Below are positions 25,301 to 37,770 of a stretch of 64,000 nt of DNA, piece after piece. The position numbers and the translations under genes were made by a program. Source of the stretch: Octopus sinensis (Eukaryota); the NCBI RefSeq assembly GCF_006345805.1, contig NC_043001.1:123008001-123072000 (forward strand). Reading direction: 5' to 3'. The notes below the pieces were generated by a model that saw only the letters and a list, made by a program, of their open reading frames with translations, ran no database searches and had not been told where the DNA came from. Numbering within the stretch: the stretch's first letter is position 1; each line of letters begins with the position of its first letter.

Positions 25301-28300
25301 TTTTTTTTCTCGTTAGGGAACCCCTTGTGATCTTGTGACTGGTGAGGAACGACGATTCGCTAACGAAGACGAGACTTCTTCTGAGCATGTGGCCTCTACT
25401 ATTGAAATGACGAATATTAATATGTTATGTAAGTATTTCATTCTGTATATGTGTGTGTGTGTTGGTATGTGTGTGTGTTGGTGAGTGTGTGTGTGGTGTT
25501 TGTGTGTTGGTGTGTGTGTTTGCTGGCTTTCACAAATATTGACAAATATATGATATTTATTCCAATACAATGTGATCTCAAACATATGATTCCCGTCCCA
25601 ATCTTTTTTTTACCTAAAACTTATTAATATACTTTTTCTTCTCCTTTTTTAATATACTTGGGTATAATTCTACTCACTCATGACCTTCCAAATTTGACTC
25701 TTGCTCTGGATTTATTTCCTTACATTGTATACACTTATATATGGGAATCAGATACAGACATAGTTGTGCGGTAAGAAGTTTGGCTCTCAACCTTGTGGTT
25801 TCAGGTTCAGTCTCACTGTATGGCACCTTAAGCAAATATCTTTTACTATCACTCTGAACCAACCAAAGCTTTGTATGTGGATTTGGTAGAAGAAAAGAAA
25901 CCCCATTGTATATACATGTATATGTATGGATGTGTCTGTGTCTGTGCTGAATCCAACCCCTCTTATAGATGTAGAGGAGTCTCTAGAAAGTTACTTCATT
26001 ACTGGTTCAAATCAAAGTTCCCTCTTGTTCATTCAGGCTCTGTAATGGATCTGGGCCTTGGTTCTAATTATGGTCTGTCTCTAATGGTTGGTACTTTATT
26101 GTCTATCCTATGTTAAGATCAACATACACATGTTAAGGTCCTATGTTAAACTTAACATACACATGTTAACCCTTTCGTTACTGTATTTACTTTGAGATGC
26201 TCTGTGTTTCTGTCAATTACTTTAAATATAACAAAGAATTTGGTAAAATAACTTTGTTATCATTCAGTTTGTGTTAGGAATATAAATTGTGACTAAGGTT
26301 TGGTGGAAGATTTCAATTCAAAACTTATAAAAACAAGGCATTTGTACTCAGAGCCAGAGCCGGTTTCAGCCAGGTTGGTAACGAAAGGGCTAACCTCTTA
26401 TGTTAAGCTTAACGTTGCACATATTAAGCTCTACATACACATAAAAAGCACTTAGTCCATTCTCTAAGGTGGTTGGCATTAGGAAGAGCATCCAGCCATA
26501 AAAAACTTGCCAAAACAGATAGTGATGGTTAGTAGTGCGGTCCTCTGGCTTGCCAGCTCCTGTCAAACCGTCCAACCCATACCAGCATGGAAAACGAACA
26601 TCAGATGATGATAATGTCGATAGTGATACAGTTAGAAATATTCTTTTCTACTCTAAGCACAAGGCCTGAAACTTTTGGGGAGGGGACCAGTCGATTCGAT
26701 CGACCCCAGCTCAGAACGTAAAGACAGGATTCGAACTCAGAACGTAAAGACAGACGAAATACCTATTTCTTTACTACCCACAAGGGGCTAAACACAGAAG
26801 GGACAAACAAGGACAGACAAACAGATTAAGTCGATTATATCGACTCCAATGCATAACTGGTACTTATTTAATCAACCCTGAACGGATGAAAGGCAAAGTT
26901 GACCTCGGCGGAATTAGAACTCAGAATGTAGCGGCAGACGAAATACCGCTAAGCATTTGCCCGGTGTGCTGACGTTTCTCTCAGCTTGCCTTTTGTTGTA
27001 ACATGCTGAGCGACAACCAAAGAAAAGACTCACATCTGCACGCAATCCTTTTATTCATTTGCTTACTTCTTTGTTCAATTTTAGATGAAGTGGCCGTTAT
27101 TGATGAGATTCAAATGATCAAGGATGTCCAGAGAGGATGGGCTTGGACTCGGGCTTTGCTAGGGATCTGTGCCGAAGAGATTCACCTCTGTGGTGAAGCA
27201 TCAAGTTTAAATCTAGTCCAGGAATTAACAGAAATCACAGGCGATACATTAGAGGTGAGCATTCTGATTTTATTTTTCGGGTGTTGGAGTGGATTAATTT
27301 ATTTTTCAACTTTTACTGGTTTCAGTCATTGGGCTGGCCATGCTGGAGCACTGCTCTGAAGGATTTTTGCCTGGATGAATCAACACTCATATTTGATTCT
27401 TTAAGCTTAGTGCTTACTCTACTGATTTCTCACACTGAATTGCTATGTGGGAGGAATGTAAACAAACCAACACTGATTGTTAAGCAATGTGGAAACAAAT
27501 GCAAACACACACACATGCATGCACACACGTATTCACATACATGCACACATATACACACACATTCACACATGTGCACACACACATACATACATACACACAC
27601 ACGTGTTCACACGCATATGACAAGCTTCTTTCAGTTTCTTATTTCTTTACTGCCCAAAAGAGGCTACACACAGAGGGGACAAATAAGAACAGACAAAGAG
27701 ATTAAGTCGATTACATTGACCCCAGTGTGTAACTGGTACTTAATTTATCGACTCCGAAAGGATGAAAGGCAAAGTTGACTTCGGCAGAATTTGAACTCAG
27801 AACGTAACGGCAGACGAAATACTGCTAAGCATTTTTCCCAGTGTGCTAATGTTTCTGCCAGCTCGCCGCCCTTTTTCAGTTTTTGTCTACCAAGTTCACT
27901 TACAAATTTGGTCAAACTGGGGCTATAGTCACAGACACTTGCCCAGGGTGCCATGCAGTGGGACTGAACCCAGAACCATGTAGTCAGGAAGCAAACTTCT
28001 TGCCACACAGTCATACCTGTGCCTACACACACGGCCACACCACATTACTAATTTTTGATCAAGATTGAATTTATGTTTATTGGATGTGCAGAATGAACTT
28101 GGAAAGGTGAGTTGAGTGTAGTTTGTTGAGTGTAGCTTCGAGTGGAGCCAGAAACAGTCTTTCCAATATTTTTTCTGTGTTTCTTTCAAACAGGTTCGGA
28201 GATATAAGAGATTGACCAGTCTTAAGTATTTGGATAAAGCTGTTGGTAAGACCACATGGAAGGATTTCCTTTCTTCTTCTTCTTCTTCTTCTTCTTCTTC

Positions 28301-28665
28301 TTCATCTTCTTCTTCTTCGCCTTCTTCTTTGTCTTCTTTGCCTTCTTCGTCTTCTTTGCCTTCTTCTTCTTCTTTGCCTTCTTCTTCTTCGCCTTCTTCT
28401 TCTTCTTCTTTGCCTTCTTCTTCCTCTTCTTCTTCTTCTTCAACAGCAAGGCATCAAGTTTGGTAGAATGGTTAGCAAGGCAGACAAAATGCTTAGCGGC
28501 ATTTCATCCATCTTTATGTTCTGAGTTCAAATTCTGCTGAAGTCGACTTTTCTTTTTATCCTTTCAGGGTCCATCAAATAATTACCAGTTGAACACTGGT
28601 GGGGGTCGATGTAATCGACTCATCCCCTCCCCCAAAATTGTTGCCCTTGTGGCAAAATTTGAAGC

Positions 28666-28702
<37 letters not shown>

Positions 28703-31700
28703 CCTTTCGTTACTATATTTCTGACCAAAATACACCCCTCATGAGTTTCAATTAAATTCTAAAATAATCATGAATCTAGGCTTGTTTCATTAAATAATTG
28801 TAACTTTTTTACTTATCAACATATTAATGTGATATTTGGAACATAATTAAAGAAAGGGTTCTTAATCAATTCTATTGCATAACTTTTGTCTCAAAATGAC
28901 TTTAATTACAGGTAAATCCAGATAAATTGAGCAAAAGGTAAAAATATTAAAATTTTGTTTAAACATCACTATAGAAAATGAATCATCAGCTAATATTCAA
29001 ATGGGTATGCAACAAAATTTTGATAAAGAAGAATTGTGCACATCACTATATCATCAGTTGAATTTAATGCACAACAGGTGTACCATAAAGGTGGAATAAA
29101 GTGAAATATTGGAATCCACCGTAAGTTTGACCAAACTAAAGAAATCGGTCAAAAAATAATATACGGCCCTGGTTATGGAAGTGATTAATTTCCAGACCAC
29201 ATCGTTCCCTAGGCCATGCTGACTAACATTATTTTCCCTGTATAAAAACTAAATCCACACAGTACCCAGTATTTGCTTCACAAATTTTCCGAAATTTGAA
29301 TCCCCATTTTGTGTTTGTTTACAATCTGCGTAAGTTTGTTTCCGCATTAATCATTTCAAACAATAACTTCCAGACCACATCATACCCTAAGCCATGCTGA
29401 CTAACATTAGTTTCCCTGTATAAAAACTAAATCCACAACAGTACCCAGTATTTGTTTCACAAATTTTCCAATTCGGAATCAATGCTTGATAACATAAAAT
29501 TCCTATCCATTTTCAAAGTTGAAGAAAAATCGATGCCGAAAAAATTTTTAAAAAAATCTCCCAAAATTCAGGGAATTAAAATTACACGTCGATCTTTGTA
29601 CAAAACTGTAGATGAACTGTTTACGAAGCATAATCATGTGTTTTCACGAATGTACTAAAGAGATTTGCTCTGATATTCTCATTTAAATATGAATAGGTAA
29701 ATACGGGCGGGTTTGGGCGGTTTGGTCACATTAACCCAAATTTTTTTCGGGCAGCTTTGGTAATGAAAGGGTTAAGGCATTGGGTTTGATAAAATAAGTA
29801 CCAATTGAACACCGGGGTCAATGTAATCAACTCATCCCCCTCCTCCCCCAAGCTACCCTTGTAGCAAAAATTTAAAATAATTATTATCATTATTATTAAG
29901 TTGGCGAGCTGGCAGAATCATTAGCATGCCGGATGGAATGCTTAGTGGTATTTTGCCCATCACTACGTTCTGAGTTCAAATTCTGCTGAGGTCGACTTTT
30001 CCTTTCATCCCTTCAGGATTGATAAATTAAGTAACAGTGAAACACTGGGTTCAGTGTAATTGACTAGTCCCCTCTCCAACAATTCCAGGCCTTGTGCCTA
30101 TAGTAGAAAGGATTATTATTAGCTGCTGCTGCTGTTGTTGTTAAGGCGGCGAGCTGGCAGAATTGTTAGCATGCCGGATGAAATGATTAGCAGTGGCATT
30201 TCATTTGTCTTCACGTTTTGAGTTCAAATTCTACCGAGGTCGACTTTGCCTTTCATCCTTTTGGGGTTGATAAATTAAGTACCAGTTGTGTACTGGGGGT
30301 TGATGTAACTGACTAGTCCCCTCCCACAAATTTCAGGCCTTGTGCCTATAGTAGAAAGGATTATTATTTATATTATTATTATTATTATTATTATTATTAG
30401 AAGGTGAATCGTTTGCATGCCAGGCAAAATGCTCAGCTGCATTTTGTCTGTCGCTACGTTCTGAGTTCAAATTCTGCCAAGGTTGACTTTGCCTGTCTTC
30501 CTTTCAAGGTTGATAAATTAAGTACCAGTCGAGCACTGTGGTCAGTGTAATCGACTCGTCCTCTCCCACCAAAAATGTCAGGCCTTGTGTCTATAGTAGA
30601 AAGGATTATTATTATTTAAGAAACACACAAAAACCGTTCGATTCACTTCACCATTTAAGTTTAATTTGTCAAAATATTTTCGTCGCTAAAATCCGCGACC
30701 TGTTCACTGACAAAAATCCGTGCTGCATGTTGAAGTGAATCGAACGGTTTTTGTGTGTTTCTTAAATGGCTTACAAACACCTTCCATGCTGCAATTGTTT
30801 TCGTTCCAGCACACGATCTCAGATCAAATCACTTGCTATGCAAGTACATCTCCGTAATTATTATTATTATTATAGCTTCTTTGTCAAAGATTTCTCGTCA
30901 CACATCTCTTCAGTGATTCTCTATTGATTGGCAAAATATTACCATCCCGAAATATAACAATATATGTTTCACATGATTTCACATCAAGAATCTTGCAAAA
31001 CAAATACATAAACATAAAATTATTATACATTTTCCTGCTATTCATAAAGTCTATTTCTCCATTACATTTTCACCATTTCTCTTTCTTTGCTTCAGGTTCC
31101 TTCAGTAAAGTACGACCTGGTGACTGCTTTGTATGTTTCAGCAAGAAAGATATCTTTTACATTAGCCAAGAATTAGAGAAGCGAGGCAATGAAGTAGCTG
31201 TGATCTATGGAGGTCTTCCACCTGGTAAGTTACTTTCCATACATATAGGTGCAGGAGTGGCTGTGTGGTAAGTAGCTTGCTTACCAACCACATGGGTTCA
31301 GGTTCAGTCCCACTGCCTGACACCTTGGGTAAGTGTCTTCTATAGACTTGGGCTGATCAAAGCCTTGAGAGTGGATATGATAGACGGAAATTGAAAGAAG
31401 CCCATCGTATATATATGGCTTCTGTGCCGGTGGCACATAAAAAGCACCAACCAATCGTGGCTGCTGCCAGCCTCCCCTGGCACCTGTGCCGGTGGCACGT
31501 AAAAAGCACCCACTACACTCATGGAGTGGTTGGCGTTAGGAAGGGCATCCAGCTGTTGAAACACAGCCAGATCAGACTGGAGCCTGGTGCAGCCTCCTGG
31601 CTTCCCAGACCCCGATCGAACCGTCCTGTGCTAGCACGGAAAACGGACGTTAAATGATGATGATGATATATATATATATAGCCGATGACAGTACTTCCTG

Positions 31701-32150
31701 ATTGCCACTTGTGCCAGTGGAACGTTAAAAGCACATCCCAGCGTGATCGTTGCCAGGGCCACGGATTGGCTCCCATGCTGGTGGCACGTAAAAAGCGCCA
31801 TTTGAGTGTGATCATTGCCAGCGTCGCCTTACCAGCACATGTGCCGGTTCCATGTTAAAAACAACATTCGAGCATGGTTGTTGCCAGTGCCGCCAGACTG
31901 GCTCCTGTGCAGGTAGCACGTAAAAAACACCTTTTGAGCGTGGTCGTTGCCAGAACTGCCTGACTGACCCTCGTGCCGGTGGCATGTAAAAGCCCCCACT
32001 ACACTCTCGGATGTTCTTTATGTTGCCTGTCTCATTTCTCTATTTGCTTCTTTCGTTGTTCAAAAAAAGTTTGTTTTCTATGTTTTTGCTTTTTATGTTC
32101 TCGTTTCTCATTTTGTTCATGTTTTTTTGATATCCTGTACCCATATATGC

Positions 32151-32182
<32 letters not shown>

Positions 32183-32237
32183 GCAGGTATGTACATATAT
32201 GTATGTGTGTATGCATATATTTATATATTATTTATAT

Positions 32238-32272
<35 letters not shown>

Positions 32273-33829
32273 GTGTGTCTGTGTTTGTCTCCCCACCATC
32301 GCTTAACAACCAATGCTGGCGTGTTTACATCCCCATAACTTAGTGGTTTGGCAAAAGAGCCGATAGAATAAGTACTAGGCTTACAAAGAATAAGTCCTGA
32401 GGTTGATTTGTTTGACTAGAGGTGGTGCTCCAGCATGGCCACAGTCAGATGACTGAAACGAATAAAAGAACAGAGTAATATTTTGTGTATTGTGGAAGTA
32501 TGACCAATTTCTTGCACACAAATTTTACCCCAAAAAATCTTATATGGGCCCTCAAGGGCCACACAGACCCTGCATCAGAACCATTGATGTAGAAGTTCCA
32601 TACTGTTTACACATGCAGTATTCTAAAAAAAAATATATGATCCCTGAAGAACTTTGAAATTGCTGTCTTTTCATGTAATCTCATTAAGAAGTATACGATA
32701 TGTTAGTTAGTTAGTTAATTTGGCTCAAAAGCAAATAGCAAGGCCATGTAGGGGGACATGGAGTTAAGTACAGGGTGGTGTTCATGTAAAGAGTTCAGGC
32801 CACTTGAGGTCCAGGGAGGCTTTGAACAAAGCGGTCGTCGGCATCTTCACCATCTCGTCTGGCAGCTTGTTCCACGGATCCGCAACCCGGACGGAGAAAG
32901 CTCCTCTCCTTCGATTGAGATGAAATCGTTGCAGGTAGAGCTTTTCGGAATGACCCCGCAGCCGACGCTCTGGAGCAGGAGTGAAGAACAGCTCTTTCGA
33001 GAGGTTACACTTTCCGCTTATAATGTTGTGGGCGAGAATGAGATCACCATGGTGGCGTTTTTCAAGAGAATAAAGGTCGAGCGTCCTCAGCCTTTCTTCG
33101 TAGAACAAATTTTTGAGACCATGAACCATGCGGGTAGCCAGCTTCTGGACTCTTTCGAGATGCTGTATGTCTTTGAGGAGATAAGGAGAAGGGGCTTGAA
33201 TCCCATACTCCAATATGGGTCTCACCAGCGTGACATAGAGTGGTAGGAATATGGCTGCTGTGAGCATTCCGAATGACCGTCGAATCAAGAACAGAATTCC
33301 GCGTGCTTTGTTGGCAGCATGGACGCACTGGGCCGAAGGCGAAAAGGAGGAATCCACCAAGATACCCAGGTCCTTTACCTGATCGGTCCTCTCCAGCAGC
33401 AGACGACCCGGCTCGAAATCAAGTTGAGTTATATATAAACTCAAGTTGAGATATATATAAAAGTAAATGATATATTTGTGTTTTACAGGAACAAAACTAG
33501 CTCAGGCCCAGAAATTTAATGATCCTTCAACTAGCTGTAAAATCATGGTAGCTACCGATGCAATTGGTATGGGTTTGAATTTGTAAGTATACTAATTCTT
33601 TGCCTTCATTTTTTAGTGTTTTTTTTTTGTTTCAGCCATTGGACTCTGGCCACACTGGGACATCACCTTGAAGGGTTTACTCAAACAAATTGACCCCAGT
33701 ACTAATTTTTATGCCTTGTACTTATTCTGTTAGTCTCTTTTGCCAAATTGCTAAGTTATAGGGATGTAAACAAGCCAACACCAGCTGTCAAGGGGTGGTG
33801 GAGAACGAACACGAAGACACACTCACGTA

Positions 33830-33873
<44 letters not shown>

Positions 33874-36676
33874 GCTCCCACAAAGAGTCTGTCGACCAAA
33901 TTCACTCACAATGCATTGGTTGGCCTGGGGTTATAATACTTGCCCAAGGTGATGCAAGATGGAACTGAACCCAGAACCACATAAGTGCAAAGTGAGTTTC
34001 TTACCCACATAGCCATGTCTGTGAATTTGTTTCAGATCCATGTGTATGTGTGTAGTAATTATGTTTACTCTCCTGTGCTAACAACCATCTCACTGAAAAA
34101 TACTCTAAACTAGTGGTTCTCAACCGAGGTCCATATAGCACCTGAGGGTCCATACGGCACCTGAGGGTCCATATAGTGCCTGAGGGTCGATATGGCATCT
34201 GAGGGTCCATACGGCGCCTGAGGGTCGATATGGCGCCTGAGGGTCCATATAGTGCCTGATGGGCCATATAGCGCCTGAGGGTCTATATAAAGTTTTGCAG
34301 GGTCCACGCAACAAAATTGTAAAGTGAGGATCCACAATAATATTCTAAGGGCCCCTGAAAAAATGTTGCATTAGATGTATTTATTGGTATGTATTACAAG
34401 AAACAGATTTCTTTCTCTGTCATTTTACATAGTTCAATCTCACGAGTTAATGTGTGAAAAACAAGACAGGAATTTTGGAAGAAGTTTTCAATAAACTATA
34501 TTTTAAACATTGAAAGGCTATGGGAGCCCACCAGAATGAAATAGTAATCAAAAGGGTCCATAGATAAAAAGTAGTTGGGAACCCATGCTCTAAACAATAG
34601 TCCTATTTACAGTTACACAAATATGATACACCTGTGTATATGCTACATATGCACAAGTGAGTGAAACATAATCTATACCTTTAAATATTCATTCCTGTGT
34701 TGAACTTGATCTACCTGGATAAATTTCTATATATATTCAGAGATGAATCAAATTGGGTTTTACCTGCACATATTTCATATATTCATTGGTAAATAGAAGC
34801 ATAAACCTTAAACCATCAGCTGGTGCAGGTGTGATTGTGTGATAAGAAGCTTGCTTCCCAACCACATGGTTCTGGGTTCAGTCCCACTGCATGGCACCTT
34901 GGGCAAGAGTCTTCTACTATAGGAGGAGTGGCTGTGTGGTAAGTAGCTTGCTTACCAACCACATGGTTTCGGGTTCAGTCCCACTGCATGGCACCTTGGG
35001 CAAGTGTCTTCTACTATAGCCTCAGGTCGACCAAAGCCTTGTGAGTGGATTTGGTAGACGGAAACTGAAAGAAGCCTGTCGTATATGTATATAAGTATGT
35101 GTTTGTGTGTCTGTGTTTGTCTCCCCAACATCGCTTGACAACCAATGCTGTTGACAACATTAGCGGTTCAGCAATAGGGACCGATAGAATAAGTACTAGG
35201 CTTACAAAGAATAAATCCTGGGGTCGATTTGCTCGACTAAAGGCGGTGCTCCAGCATGGCCACAGTCAAATGATTGAAACAAGTAAAAAGAGAGTACAGC
35301 ATTGGGCGGACTAAAGCCTTGTGAGTGTATTTGGGAAACGGAAACTAAAAGAAGCCCAATGTGTATATGTATGTTTGTGTGTATTTGTAAATATGTGTTT
35401 CCCCATCACCATTGCTTGACTACCAGTGTTGGTTTGTTTATGTCCCCATAACGTAGCAATTTGGCAAAAAAGACTGATAGAATAAGTACCAAGCTAAAAC
35501 AACAAAAAAAACAAACTAATTGGGTCAATTTGTTTGACTAAATCCTTCTAAATAGTGCTCCAGCATGGCTACAATCTAATAACTAAAACAAACAAAAAAA
35601 AAAGAATTCACTATTAATCAAACTTGTTCCATTAGTGTCTGTTTCATATATTCACAGGTCAATCAAAAGAATGATTTTCTATTCTATCATGAAGCCAAAA
35701 CTGAATGAAAAAGGCGAGAAAGAGATGGATATTCTATCCCCATCGCAAGCTCTACAGATTGCTGGCCGAGCTGGACGTTACAATACAGAGTATGAAGATG
35801 GTGAAGTGACTACTTTCAAGCAGGAAGATCTATCTATTCTAAAAGACATAACTAGTAGAATAATTGAACCAATTGAGGTAAATATATATATACATGGTGA
35901 TTCAAAATTTCCATACATCATCATCATCTTTTAACGTCTGTTTTCTGTGCTAGCACGGGTTGCACGGTTCAACCGGGGTCTGGGAAGCCAGGAAGCTGCA
36001 CCAGGCTCCGGTCTGATCTGGCAGTGTTTCTACTGCAGGATGCCCTTCCTAATGCCAACCACTCCGTAAGTGTAGTGAGTGCTTTTTACGTGCCAGAGGA
36101 GGCTGGTACGGCCACGATCAGTTGGTGGTTTTTATGTGCCACCGACATGGAAGCCAGTCAAGGCGGCGCTGGCATCGGCCACGTTCGGATGGTGCTTTTT
36201 ACATGCCACCAGCACAGGTATTACAACTACTATTTCCATTTGATATTTATTTTGATGTTGATGTACTTGACTCAATAGGTCTCCTCAAGCACAGCAGGTC
36301 ATGTGCCACCGGCACAGAAGCCAGTCAAGGCAGCGATAAGAAAAAATTTATATTTTTATAAGAGACAGTTTCGAAGATCCCCTGATCTGACCCCTCTTGA
36401 TTTCTGTCTTTGGGGGCATTTGAAAGGCATGGTGTATCGCGGAAAGATAAAGACATAAATCATTTGAAGGAATGCATCACCAACTCATTTGCACACGTAT
36501 CACCAGATGTGTTATTACGAGTTCACAATGAGTTGGGTAAACGTATTGCAATGTGTATTCAATACAATGGTAACCATATAGAGCCTGTTAGATAACAAAA
36601 ACTGTTCTTATAAACTGTTTTGTATAAAAACATAAATTGTTCTTATGTATGGCAACTTTTGAATCACCCTGTGTGT

Positions 36677-36728
<52 letters not shown>

Positions 36729-37727
36729 GTGTGTGTGGGTGTTTATTTATTTATGAGCGAGGTCTTTGCCAGTGCCACTGGACTGGCTCCCGTGCACATA
36801 AAAAGCACCATTTAAGCGTGGCTGTTGCCAGTACCGCCTGACTGGCCCTTGTGCTGGTGGCACGTAAAAGCACCCACTACACTCTCCGAGTGGTTGGCGT
36901 TAGGAAGGGCATCCAGCTGTAGAAACTCTGCCAGATCAGATTGGAGCCTGGTGCAGCCATCTGGTTCTCCAGTCCTCAGTCAAATCGTCCAACCCATGCT
37001 AGCATGGAAGGTGAACGTTAAACGATGATGATGATATGTGTAAAGGTGTGTGGCCTAGTGGTTAGGGTTGTTACACTCACGATCGCTAGATTGTAGGTTT
37101 GAGTCCCTGACTAGGTGGTGCATTGTGATCTTGAGCAAAACGCTTCATTTTATGTTGCTCCAGTCACCTTTTGATCAGTGGGGAGTTTTGGCTTGCTCGT
37201 CTAGCCAGCAGGGTGGTGTCATTTGAGGGCTAAAACAAGTGATGTGTAACAGAATCTGATAGTTTGGTTGGTCGCCTTATCACACGATATATAATGGGTT
37301 CAATTCCTGGCACGGGAACACATACTTTCTTAGGTGCAAATGTGGCTGTGTAGTAAGAAGCTTGCTTCCCAACCACATGGTTCTGGGCTCAGTCCCACTG
37401 TGTGGCACCTTGGACAAGTGTCTTCTACTGTAGCCTTGGGCCGACCAAAGCCTTGTGAGTGGATTTGGTAGACGGAAACTGAAAGAAACCCATTGTATAT
37501 ACATATATGTGTGTGTCTGTGTTTGTCCTCCCCCACCATCGCTTGACAACCAATGTTGGTGTGTTTACATCCCCGTAACTTAGTGGTTCAGCGAAAGCGA
37601 CTGATAGAATAATGATAGAATAAGTACCAGACTTACAAAGAGTAAGTCCTGCAGTTGATTTGATCAACTAAAGGCATTGCTCCATCATGGCCACAGTTAA
37701 ATGACTAAAAGAAGTAAAAGAATAAAA

Positions 37728-37770
<43 letters not shown>

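Noticed and set aside
32758-33246. 162-aa + strand ORF
   Set aside because: It is the antisense shadow of the CR1 ORF2 fragment.
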